Assembly (NCBI GenBank): GCA_031430855.1 | Contig: JANPCG010000013.1 | Span: forward strand, 99,781 to 163,780 | Length of the DNA stretch: 64,000 nucleotides | Direction: 5' to 3' | DNA from: Candidatus Kaiserbacteria bacterium | GTDB taxonomy: Bacteria > Patescibacteriota > Minisyncoccia > Phycocordibacterales > UBA918 | Shown here: piece after piece, positions 55,987 to 64,000 of the stretch | Position numbering within the stretch: the first letter of the stretch is position 1 | Layout: each line of letters begins with the position of its first letter | Notes under the pieces: model-generated | What the model was told of the DNA's origin: nothing | What the model saw: the letters and a program-made list of their open reading frames with translations, nothing else | The model's database searches: none | Made by a program: the position numbers and the translations under genes

Positions 55987-57036
55987 TGAGCGTCTGCCCA
56001 GGTCTTTGACTTGGCGCAAGCGTAGCGCCAGACGTCGGTCGACCATTCGTGGGTGAGACATCAGCCACTCTGAAGTGCGGCGATATAGCTTCCGCTTTTC
56101 TTCAGTGTTGTAGATATTTTTGAAGAACTTATCGAGGGCCGACGAGAGGTCGTCTGCATACTCGGGGCCGGCGAGGTCAATCGCCACCGCGTCCGCCCGG
56201 TACTCGGTCGCCCGAGAGTAAGCGTGTGAAGCAAGAACCGAGAGTATGGTTCCCACAAGCGAGGTGGTGAACGCGAACACAATCGGCGCCGTGATGTCGA
56301 TTGATAGCTGGAGTCCGTAGAGGAGTAGTCCAGCCACGACACCAGCGATGATGGCGTCTTCGGTGCGTGACAAGAAGGCGTAGCAGATGATTGTCATGAG
56401 GACGAAGTTCCCGACAAACCACGGGAACAAATGGAAGAACGTTAGGACCAGTGCGACCAGCATCACCATAAACTGCACCACCGCCAAGAGACGCAGTCCA
56501 CCGAGCACGAGGTGTTTGATGAGACTTGTCTGTGTATCCATCAAAGCCACGTGACCCACCTCATGAGCCAGGACGGCACGAATTTCATCACGCGTGAATC
56601 GTTCGTATCCGCCCTGCCAGTAGATTTTGCTTCCAGAGAGGAAACTTGTCGACGTGGCGGCACGTGGTCGGTTGCCTGGCTCATAGATTAAGAGTGGTGT
56701 TGGAATGCCCGCCTTTTGGGCGAGTTCTGCGAGCATCTGTTCCATGAACGCAGGCGGATCTACCTTGTGGCCACGAAGATTTTGGTAGTGGCCGACCTCG
56801 AAGGCAATCAAGGTCCCGATTGCCGTGAACAGGTAGATTTCAATCCAGCTGTCAACGGTGAAGCGCAAAACCGTGCTGGAAACGTGAGCCCAGTGATTTT
56901 CGATCCACAGTTGGGCCAGGTGTGGTGTTGCGACCGCAATTGAAATGCTGAGCAGAAACCAGCACGATGCTTGGATGCGCCAGCGACGGTCGGTCGCCAC
57001 ATCGTGGTGAGGCAGATTTTTTCGACGAACAAACAT
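55963..57036 (-). CDS. htpX: M48-family membrane zinc metalloprotease (HtpX-like)
   Basis: VLAHEVGHVALMD HExxH in a polytopic membrane protein; start set at MFVRRKN with GGGAGGGA SD (ORF track extends to 57240). Confidence 0.7.
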   Translation of the reverse strand: MFVRRKNLPHHDVATDRRWRIQASCWFLLSISIAVATPHLAQLWIENHWAHVSSTVLRFTVDSWIEIYLFTAIGTLIAFEVGHYQNLRGHKVDPPAFMEQMLAELAQKAGIPTPLLIYEPGNRPRAATSTSFLSGSKIYWQGGYERFTRDEIRAVLAHEVGHVALMDTQTSLIKHLVLGGLRLLAVVQFMVMLVALVLTFFHLFPWFVGNFVLMTIICYAFLSRTEDAIIAGVVAGLLLYGLQLSIDITAPIVFAFTTSLVGTILSVLASHAYSRATEYRADAVAIDLAGPEYADDLSSALDKFFKNIYNTEEKRKLYRRTSEWLMSHPRMVDRRLALRLRQVKDLGRRSLSALKLV

Positions 57037-57187
57037 GATTCCCTCCCGAGGGTTGATTTTTCTGTGTAGTGTAATACCACAAAATGTATAACTTGTCGAA
57101 CTTCCGGAAGACCAAACTTTGGAAAAAGTGACAAAGAAAAAGGCTGTGCGGGTATGACCGCACAGCCAAGTTGATACCCATTCTACG

Positions 57188-57421
57188 TTAGAGTGGGCTG
57201 ATGTCGCGATAAATGTGCTCGCAGCTCGCGCAGTAGCCATCGCTGCAGTTACAGCGCCTGGCCTTGGCCAACATGCGCCGTAGGCTCACTTCCGTGATCT
57301 CGACATTTTCGGGGTGAGCGACCTGACCCCCGGTCAAGAGTTTGCGCGCAAACTCTTTGATTTTTTGTCCCAGTGGAATACTGGTCTGCGGGGCGGTTTT
57401 TGTGCTCGAAAGGACAGTCAT
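57188..57421 (-). CDS. small hypothetical Cys-rich protein
   Basis: ORF only (CNCSDGYCASCEH). Confidence 0.25.
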   Translation of the reverse strand: MTVLSSTKTAPQTSIPLGQKIKEFARKLLTGGQVAHPENVEITEVSLRRMLAKARRCNCSDGYCASCEHIYRDISPL

Positions 57422-57577
57422 GTATCTTCTTCTCCGTTAAAGGAGCGATGATAATACGTGTCTGTGCATACCGTGTCAATTCTTTGTTCTGTATAAGTTG
57501 ATTATTGAGTGCACTGCGTCAAAAAAGTGGGTAAGAGTCGTTACGGTGTGTCGTCTTATGAGCATAAACTAAAAAAT

Positions 57578-57874
57578 ATGAAATACATTTTGACCATTAC
57601 TGCTGCATTTATTGTTCTCCTCGTTTTGTTTTTGGCATTCGCTTCGGAACGCACGCAGACGCAAACGGATGTCTCTTCGCCGATTGAACCTACGCCGGCT
57701 CCTATGACAGGGAAGTTAGATCCAAAAGTGGTGTGTGAAAGTGCGCTCATGTACACGACATTTACTGATGGTGCGGCAGCTGATGCCTTTGTGGCAGACT
57801 GTGTCGCTGGGAAACATCCTGAAGTGTTTGAGAGATATATATCTGACCTGAATCTTAATGGTGCAACGATATAG
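57578..57874 (+). CDS. small secreted or membrane-anchored hypothetical protein
   Basis: start set at MKYILTITAAFIVLLVLFLAFA (signal/anchor). Confidence 0.4.
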   Translation: MKYILTITAAFIVLLVLFLAFASERTQTQTDVSSPIEPTPAPMTGKLDPKVVCESALMYTTFTDGAAADAFVADCVAGKHPEVFERYISDLNLNGATI

Positions 57875-58026
57875 AATCTACTCACTTTGAGGGGTGTAGC
57901 TTTCTTGTGCTAATTGCTCGACAGATATTTTTTATGTTGTAGTATTCACCACGGATGTAACACGGATTACAACTCCCGACCTCGGGAAGAGGGAAATCCT
58001 CAGCTATCAGCTGGAAAGGAAGACAT

Positions 58027-58557
58027 ATGCGATATGCAGATACTACGTTTGGGAGTGCCGAGGCGGTCATGAACAAACTCGGCGGGCCAGAAGGGATTGA
58101 GCGGTTCCTAGCAGGGGACTCCGAAATCGTGATTCGTCGTCACGTCATCAATACCACCCTTCCACCACATTATGATGATGAGTCCTTTGCCGTGGCCAGA
58201 CACACGCCGCTTAGGCTAAACAAAGGACGGTTGCACTGGGATTTGACGCAGATCGGTGTCCTGCAGGTTGACCGCTCGGCGGTTGAAAACGGTATGAGTA
58301 TCGAAGACTATCTGAGGGAGGTCTCTGATGAATCTTTCCTGAATGCTCGCGTACGGGATTATCTCATGAAGTACCCCAGTCTCATCCCGGAAGCGTGGCA
58401 GGTTCATACGCTCTGCTTCGCGGGGACGATTTTTCGGGGTCGTCGCGGGAGGTATCTGCCCACGCTCCAGTTCTCCGTCGGCGAATGGTACGATATATAC
58501 GAGCCTATGGCCGAGAAGCTGAAAGCAGAAATGGTGGTAGTTGCAGCGCACAAGTAA
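58027..58557 (+). CDS. hypothetical protein
   Basis: ORF; terminator follows. Confidence 0.45.
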   Translation: MRYADTTFGSAEAVMNKLGGPEGIERFLAGDSEIVIRRHVINTTLPPHYDDESFAVARHTPLRLNKGRLHWDLTQIGVLQVDRSAVENGMSIEDYLREVSDESFLNARVRDYLMKYPSLIPEAWQVHTLCFAGTIFRGRRGRYLPTLQFSVGEWYDIYEPMAEKLKAEMVVVAAHK

Positions 58558-58563
58558 GAAGAA

Positions 58564-58591
58564 GGCGGCCGTCATCGTACGGCCGCTTTTG
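58564..58591 (+). terminator. rho-independent terminator GGCGGCCGT-catcgt-ACGGCCGC + TTTTG
   Basis: read from sequence. Confidence 0.65.
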
Positions 58592-58664
58592 CATTGAGGG
58601 GAGGGGCTTGCATTTAGATAGTGTATATTATACAATAACTAAATTACACCTAACCAACAATCCT

Positions 58665-59384
58665 ATGACACCTACAATTTCACGTCGGCAGCAATTATTG
58701 GGAACTCATGCACAGCACATTGAAAGCCTCCGGGTGGCAATGTTCATGCTGGCAGTTACTATATTTTATGAAATAGTTTCAGCTGAGCTCATTCCTGGAT
58801 TTCAGTTTAATTGGTTTGAGTTTATTGGGACCTGGAGTGGTCTCGTGACGGTGTGGCTCGCACGCACCGAAAACATCCTCAGTTGGCCGTGGGGAATTGT
58901 GAGTGCGGCAACGCTTGGCTACTTTTTTGCCTCAATTGGACTTGTGGGTCAGCAGTGGCTGAATTGGGGATACTTTCTCATTATTCAATTGTGGGCCTGG
59001 CCGCACTGGGCCTTTGGCGGGGTGGCAAAAGCACCACTTTCGGTCACGCTATTCCGTTCAGTTTGGGGCTGGGTCAGTACGATTGGCGTCATTGGGGTAG
59101 GTGCAGTCTTTGTCTATAGTTTGATTTCATTTATTTCACCGGCTTCTGAATATCCCGTGATTGACGCCATTGTGGTCGCGTCGAGTATCACCGCTCAGTT
59201 CCTCTTAGGACGGAAGAAGCTTGAGAGTTGGTTCTTGTGGCTGGGGCCAGTGAATGTGCTCTCGATTATTCTGTTTGCCCTCGCCGGCGCATACGTGGTG
59301 ATGGCACTCTATATCGCCTTCTTTATTCACGCCATTTTTGCGCTTCGCAGTTGGCACGCACAAACAGTCGGTACTCACTCATAA
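58665..59384 (+). CDS. pnuC: nicotinamide riboside transporter PnuC
   Basis: Trp-rich PnuC-like TM pattern (WSGLVTVWLAR...SWPWGIVS...QQWLNWGYFLIIQLWAWPHW); start set at MTPTISRR; adjacent to nadR. Confidence 0.75.
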   Translation: MTPTISRRQQLLGTHAQHIESLRVAMFMLAVTIFYEIVSAELIPGFQFNWFEFIGTWSGLVTVWLARTENILSWPWGIVSAATLGYFFASIGLVGQQWLNWGYFLIIQLWAWPHWAFGGVAKAPLSVTLFRSVWGWVSTIGVIGVGAVFVYSLISFISPASEYPVIDAIVVASSITAQFLLGRKKLESWFLWLGPVNVLSIILFALAGAYVVMALYIAFFIHAIFALRSWHAQTVGTHS

Positions 59385-59395
59385 TTACTACATAT

Positions 59396-60352
59396 ATGTT
59401 TACTCACTGTCTCATTATTGGAAAGTTCTACCCACCACACCGCGGACATAAGTATTTAATAGATACGGCTATCGAACGGAGTCGAGAAGTAACCGTAATA
59501 GTCTGCTACAAAGCAGGACAAGAAATCTCGGGCGTGCTACGTGCGCAGTGGATACAGCGGATTCATCCAACCGTTCACGTGAAGTTGCTCGATGATAATC
59601 GCTTGCGTGATGATGATTCAGCTGGTTGGGCCGAGTCGACAGTGAGTGTCCTGGGATTTGTGCCGGACGCGGTCTTTACCTCAGAAGCGTATGGCGATAC
59701 CTATGCATCATTCATGGGGTGCGTGCATGTGCTGGTTGATAAGGAGCGTACCCATATTCCGATTAGTGCCACGATGGTACGGAGTGACCCAGTAAAGTAC
59801 GCAGAATTTTTAGAACCGTGTGTGCGGGCGTACTTTGCGAAACGGATTGCGATTGTAGGAGCCGAATCTACCGGAACTACAACGCTTGCTCGGGCCTTGG
59901 CTGAACACTTTCATACTACTTGGGTCCCTGAATATGGTCGATTTGTGTCCGAAGGGAAAGTGTATGGGGATGAGCATGCTGCGTGGCGAAGTGAGGAGTT
60001 TGAAGCGATTGCTCGAACGCAAGGAGTGTTTGAAGATTTGCTGGCAGAATCATCAAACGGACTCGTTGTGTGCGACACCAATCCGTTTGCAACCGGTATC
60101 TGGCATGAACGGTACATGGGGACGCGTTCCAAAGCGGTCGAGAAGATTGCGGCTGAGCGTTCGTATGCTCTCACTGTCGTCACGGGAGATGAGATACCGT
60201 TTGTGCAAGATGGGCTACGTGATGGCGAACACCTCCGGCACCAGATGCATCAGCAGTTTATTGATCGATTGATTGAAACCAAGCAACCATTCATTGTGGT
60301 AACAGGGAGTGTAAAGGCTCGGGTGTCTCAGGTATTATCGGCACTCGCATAA
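59396..60352 (+). CDS. nadR: NadR-type NMN adenylyltransferase + ribosylnicotinamide kinase
   Basis: IIGKFYPPHRGHKYLI (HxGH nucleotidyltransferase motif) and C-terminal P-loop VGAESTGTTTLARALA. Confidence 0.8.
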   Translation: MFTHCLIIGKFYPPHRGHKYLIDTAIERSREVTVIVCYKAGQEISGVLRAQWIQRIHPTVHVKLLDDNRLRDDDSAGWAESTVSVLGFVPDAVFTSEAYGDTYASFMGCVHVLVDKERTHIPISATMVRSDPVKYAEFLEPCVRAYFAKRIAIVGAESTGTTTLARALAEHFHTTWVPEYGRFVSEGKVYGDEHAAWRSEEFEAIARTQGVFEDLLAESSNGLVVCDTNPFATGIWHERYMGTRSKAVEKIAAERSYALTVVTGDEIPFVQDGLRDGEHLRHQMHQQFIDRLIETKQPFIVVTGSVKARVSQVLSALA

Positions 60353-60432
60353 ACATAGTATTAATTAGTCTATGGACATTATTAAAAAATCTTGTATAAT
60401 CACAAGCTGAACCAGTCAATCGGAGAACTGAG

Positions 60433-60690
60433 ATGTCGCTCTCGCAACAAGAAATCAACAAGTCCGCCATCACTGCCGCGATCATCGTCAATGATCAATC
60501 TGACGAGATCCTGCTCGATTGGATGGTGCAGCTCAGGACTGAAGCTCAAAAGCAGAAGTTTATCGGGGTGGTGCATTCCGTGTTGGCTGGCGCTGTCGGT
60601 AAGCCACTCGAAGGCATTTCCAGGGAATTTGTTGAAGATGTCGTCCGTCGCATCGAGCGCACGCTTGAACTCAGATTTCCGGCGTCCTAA
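60433..60690 (+). CDS. small hypothetical protein
   Basis: own TGTATAAT extended -10 and own terminator. Confidence 0.4.
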   Translation: MSLSQQEINKSAITAAIIVNDQSDEILLDWMVQLRTEAQKQKFIGVVHSVLAGAVGKPLEGISREFVEDVVRRIERTLELRFPAS

Positions 60691-60712
60691 TAATCAGACC
60701 GCGAAGCTCCGG

Positions 60713-60745
60713 CCCCCGAACTTGTTTCGGGGGTCGCTTTGTTTG
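60713..60745 (+). terminator. CCCCCGAAC-ttgt-TTCGGGGG hairpin + GCTTTGTTT
   Basis: near-duplicate of terminator at 61121..61166. Confidence 0.55.
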
Positions 60746-60822
60746 AAGTCAAATGTATTTGATAGACTTTTTTGCATTATCTTGTAGTATTTAAAATTGA
60801 AATGTTCAGGGGGGGTAGAGTC

Positions 60823-61119
60823 ATGGCTCTTTACGTAATTAGCTCGTTGATGCATCTCCATAAAGGAGAAGTAAAGCTCATCAAAGGGTACATGCAAGTT
60901 GTTGTAACCAATCAGCCAGATTCGGAAGAGAGAGCCAAAGAGATTTTTGATGAGGCTTTCGAAAAGGGTTCCGAGTCAGCAGAAGGTTGGCAACTAACCG
61001 GTGAGCCTTTGCTGGTTGAGTTATTCCAGCATCACATTGCTGAATGGGGGAAGTGGATCAGTACAGCACCAGAAAAACTTGAGATGAAAAAATCACATTT
61101 GCGGTTGGTGAAAGAATAG
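60823..61119 (+). CDS. small hypothetical protein
   Basis: start set at MALYVISS; TGTAGTAT -10-like upstream. Confidence 0.4.
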   Translation: MALYVISSLMHLHKGEVKLIKGYMQVVVTNQPDSEERAKEIFDEAFEKGSESAEGWQLTGEPLLVELFQHHIAEWGKWISTAPEKLEMKKSHLRLVKE

Positions 61120-61120
61120 T

Positions 61121-61166
61121 CCCCGAAGTGAGTTCCCGGACTCGTTTCGGGGGCTGCTTTGTTTTT
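61121..61166 (+). terminator. CCCCGAA...TTCGGGG hairpin (with inner GAGT/ACTC stem) + CTTTGTTTTT
   Basis: read from sequence. Confidence 0.55.
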
Positions 61167-61248
61167 ATAGACCCACTATTACCTGCCGGTAGTTTAATGC
61201 CTCAAGTATCCTTGTAGTATCGTGAAAGTGTGTTATGTTTTTTAGATT

Positions 61249-62118
61249 ATGAAACACTTCAAAGCGTTTGCCGAGCGAGTCAAAAATGCAACACATAACC
61301 CAGCCTTTTATCAGAATGTAGTTACTGAACCGCGAGGTAAGGCAATCTGGTTTCTGTTTTGGGCTAATGTAGTCGCAATTACCGTATTTGCCATTAGTGT
61401 CTTGGTGGTACTGATTCCGGCCATGATTGATTTTTCAAAGAATACCTACGTTACTGATTTGTATCCCGATGACCTGGTGGTTGAAATTAAAGGTGGTATC
61501 GCTACCGTGAACCAGCCGGTGCCGTACCTTGTCGCAACTCGTGAGGAATTTGAGATAGATAACGTAAACTTTTTTGTCATTGATACGAGTGATGGGGTAT
61601 CAATGGATACTATTAAGTCTTATGATTCTTTTGCCGTTTTGACCAAGGATTCAGTGTATGTTGAACAAAATGATAATGAAATGCGTGTTTTTTCGTTACG
61701 TGATGCAGGAGATGTCACCATTAATGAAGAAAATGTAGAGACGTGGACAAATACCGCAGAAAAATGGACGTACGTAGCAGTACTTCCGCTGACCTTAATG
61801 ATGATTGGTATGCTTGCAGGGTTTAGTCTCGTCTATTATCTCGTGGTGAGTTTCGTGTTGGCACTCATACCGCTCTTGGTTGGAAAAATCCTCAAATTAA
61901 CTATTAGTTATAGGAGTGCCTATATTATTTCCTTGTATGCGCTCATTCCGGTGGTAGTGGTTGATATGGTGGCAATGCTCATGGGAACGTTGTCGCTACC
62001 GTTTATGGTGACGGTTGTTATCTTTACTTTTTTCTTAGTATTTAACCTTCGGGGCTGGAAAAAGGAGGAGGATATACCGGCAGTAAGTACATCTGACGAA
62101 GTGAGTCCGTTGGTTTAA
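61249..62118 (+). CDS. polytopic membrane protein, hypothetical
   Basis: multiple TM helices. Confidence 0.45.
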   Translation: MKHFKAFAERVKNATHNPAFYQNVVTEPRGKAIWFLFWANVVAITVFAISVLVVLIPAMIDFSKNTYVTDLYPDDLVVEIKGGIATVNQPVPYLVATREEFEIDNVNFFVIDTSDGVSMDTIKSYDSFAVLTKDSVYVEQNDNEMRVFSLRDAGDVTINEENVETWTNTAEKWTYVAVLPLTLMMIGMLAGFSLVYYLVVSFVLALIPLLVGKILKLTISYRSAYIISLYALIPVVVVDMVAMLMGTLSLPFMVTVVIFTFFLVFNLRGWKKEEDIPAVSTSDEVSPLV

Positions 62119-62160
62119 TGGTATCTATTATTGTCAAATAATTCTCTCTGGTTTGCTAGG

Positions 62161-62625
62161 ATGAAAATGAAAAAAGTAATCATTATAGGATGTGTTGCGG
62201 TCGGTATAATCTTTCTGTTGACAGCAGTGGCGTATGTTCAAAAAACTAATACAACTCCCACTCCAATTGGTGAACCTTTGGTTGGTATTCAAGAGACTGA
62301 TGTCACCCAAGTCGAATCAATAAAAGGAAATGAAGTAACTGAACGATATAGCGCTCAGGTAGATCGGGTAAAAGTCATTTTTGAACACAATAACTACACT
62401 ACCTACCGACTTCAAACAAATGATTTAGTGAGAACTGGTGACATGAATACTGAACGCGGATATAAAGATGACATAGATGCGACGGTGTATGTTCTCAATT
62501 GGCAACTGCCAGAAGGAAAACAGATGCGGTATGTTCGACTGACGGCTGAACCAGAGTATCTCTATGGTCTTGATAGCGCCGGTGAAGTACTTCGTGGTAG
62601 TCGACTGATTAGAGAACAAGACTAA
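62161..62625 (+). CDS. membrane-anchored or secreted hypothetical protein
   Basis: start set at MKMKKVIIIGCVAVGIIFLL. Confidence 0.4.
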   Translation: MKMKKVIIIGCVAVGIIFLLTAVAYVQKTNTTPTPIGEPLVGIQETDVTQVESIKGNEVTERYSAQVDRVKVIFEHNNYTTYRLQTNDLVRTGDMNTERGYKDDIDATVYVLNWQLPEGKQMRYVRLTAEPEYLYGLDSAGEVLRGSRLIREQD

Positions 62626-62683
62626 TTAACTTTATTGTCTGTGTCTAATATCGAGTCGGTTATACAACGTGATGGTATACTCT

Positions 62684-64000
62684 ATTTACAACTATGGAAC
62701 AGGGTGATCCTTTGGAAGCATTACCAACAGAATCTGGAGTAATTAATTCACCAGCAGTTCTTCCTGTCGTCGAAAAAATACCCATGAAAGCGAGGTTCAT
62801 AAATTACATTAGTGCACACCGACGCAACTTGGTTCGCGGGTTTGGAGCACTAGTAGTGCTTGTTGTTGTTGGTGGTGGATTGGGCTGGTATTACACTCAA
62901 GACCGTCATGTCTCCATGAAGCAGTTTACCAATGTCTATTCGTTTGTCCCGGAAAAGGTTTCTAAAAGCGCCGCCATTCAGATTAATTTACCAAATGGCG
63001 TACCAGAAGATCTCGCACGTACTAGTATTACGTTTAGTCCTGAGGTGGACGGTGAATGGCAGACCGAAAGTCTCGAGGGAATTGTTTCGTTTAAACCAAA
63101 AAAGCCACTGCGCTCTCAGGTGTATTACGCGGTCAATATGGATACGGGGTCAATCCAGATGTCAGGTGATTTTTATGTTGATGAGGATCCAAAAATCGAG
63201 ACTATTTTCCCGGCTGCGCAAAGTGAATCACACGAAGATAGTGAAATTACCATTGTTTTTAATCGTCCAATGGTGCCATTAACGACGCTTACCGAACAAG
63301 AATTAGTTGAGATACCCGTCACTATTACCCCCGAGACGCCAGGAAAATTTAAGTGGATCAGTACCCGAAATTTACAATTTATTCCAGAGACGACACTAAT
63401 ACCTTCGTCACAATATACGGTTGTCGTTGGGGACGGCCTATATTCAATTGATGGGTTGCCCATTGCTCCAATCACTCATACATTTATAACGCGGCCATTA
63501 CGGTACGAAAGTGTGTCATCTGATCAGATTGGCTACCGTTCGCCGGTGATTGTGGTCTTTAACCAGCCGGTAGACCTCAAAGAAACAGCGGGAAATATTA
63601 GTGTGTCGACAGCCGCTGGGGAGAAGGTGGCACTTGATATAGAGTATGGTGAAATTACCGAATATGACCGGGAAACTCGCAAAAATACTACCAAGGAAGA
63701 CAAACGTAAGCTTTATATTTATCAAAAGAAAGATATTCATGGGCGAAGTCGACTCTGGAACTTCGATACCACCTACGCAGTTGAGATTAAAGGAGCGACA
63801 CCCCTTAAGGGAACTATGAATTTAGAAGAAGGAAGTAACACCATGGTGTCAGTAGCGACTATTGTAGAAAGTGTGACGGCGCAATCAGATCGTACGACAC
63901 TACTGCGTCCTGATCTAGTTGATCCAGAAGGCACGGTTACCGTCACGTTTTTTGATGATGTCGACAAAGACCGTTCGACCATTTCAGCAAAAGGACTGAA
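62684..64000 (+). CDS. large membrane-anchored surface protein with tandem Ig-like repeats (bacterial alpha-2-macroglobulin or invasin-like), 5' partial, continues beyond window
   Basis: open frame 2 from ATG 62684 to window end (not in ORF track because no stop); TM GFGALVVLVVVGGGLGWYY; repeated ...ITIVFNRPMV / VIVVFNQPVD beta-sandwich-like segments. Confidence 0.5.

Overview
This 64 kb window looks like bacterial chromosome with about 50% GC, tightly packed genes and a standard genetic code. It is interrupted by two AT-rich accessory islands, each next to a tRNA gene.

Confidently identified core genes are miaA, parB, a short rel/spoT, pyrC, pyrD, topA, dprA, serS, dus, a Fic-domain protein, a DacA-like carboxypeptidase, dnaX, three tandem histidine phosphatases, htpX, pnuC-nadR, and four tRNAs (Tyr, Trp, Leu, Gln).

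Island 1 (1 to about 7640, roughly 38% GC) ends in a large serine recombinase whose 3' end overlaps a complete tRNA-Tyr on the opposite strand. It carries a Ser/Thr kinase fused to a roughly 400 aa unknown domain with a CxCxxC motif, immediately followed by a PD-(D/E)xK nuclease-like protein. I read this as a candidate kinase-nuclease defence module.

Between island 1 and miaA are three paralogous secreted proteins (7711 to 12106). Each has a conserved TrbC/VirB2-pilin-like N-terminal domain (signal peptide, CxxC pairs, two hydrophobic helices) fused to a different peptidoglycan-hydrolase-like C-terminal domain: one lysozyme or lytic-transglycosylase-like and two LAS/M15 metallopeptidase-like. 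Small membrane-anchored proteins sit between them and could be immunity proteins.

Island 2 (about 35.2 to 53.6 kb, roughly 33% GC) begins at tRNA-Gln with a duplicated 5' tRNA fragment. It encodes an archaeal-type ProRS, a Ddl, a Mur ligase, an ATP-grasp ligase, a racemase-like PLP enzyme, a PhyH dioxygenase, a SAM methyltransferase, a DNPH1/MilB-like nucleoside hydrolase, an APH-like kinase and a class-C beta-lactamase-like hydrolase. This is compatible with a biosynthetic cluster for a peptidyl- or aminoacyl-nucleoside compound with a resistance-type aminoacyl-tRNA synthetase copy, or alternatively with cell-wall precursor remodelling. CCTAGG-containing palindromic repeats are scattered through its intergenic DNA.

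Island 2 is followed by a small retron/DRT-like reverse transcriptase with about 415 nt of hairpin-rich downstream RNA ending in a terminator. Next to it is a cassette of an HExxH peptidase plus a 49 aa protein, flanked by perfect 73 bp direct repeats that duplicate the htpX 3' end and terminator.

All functional calls come from motif recognition by eye; no database searches were run.
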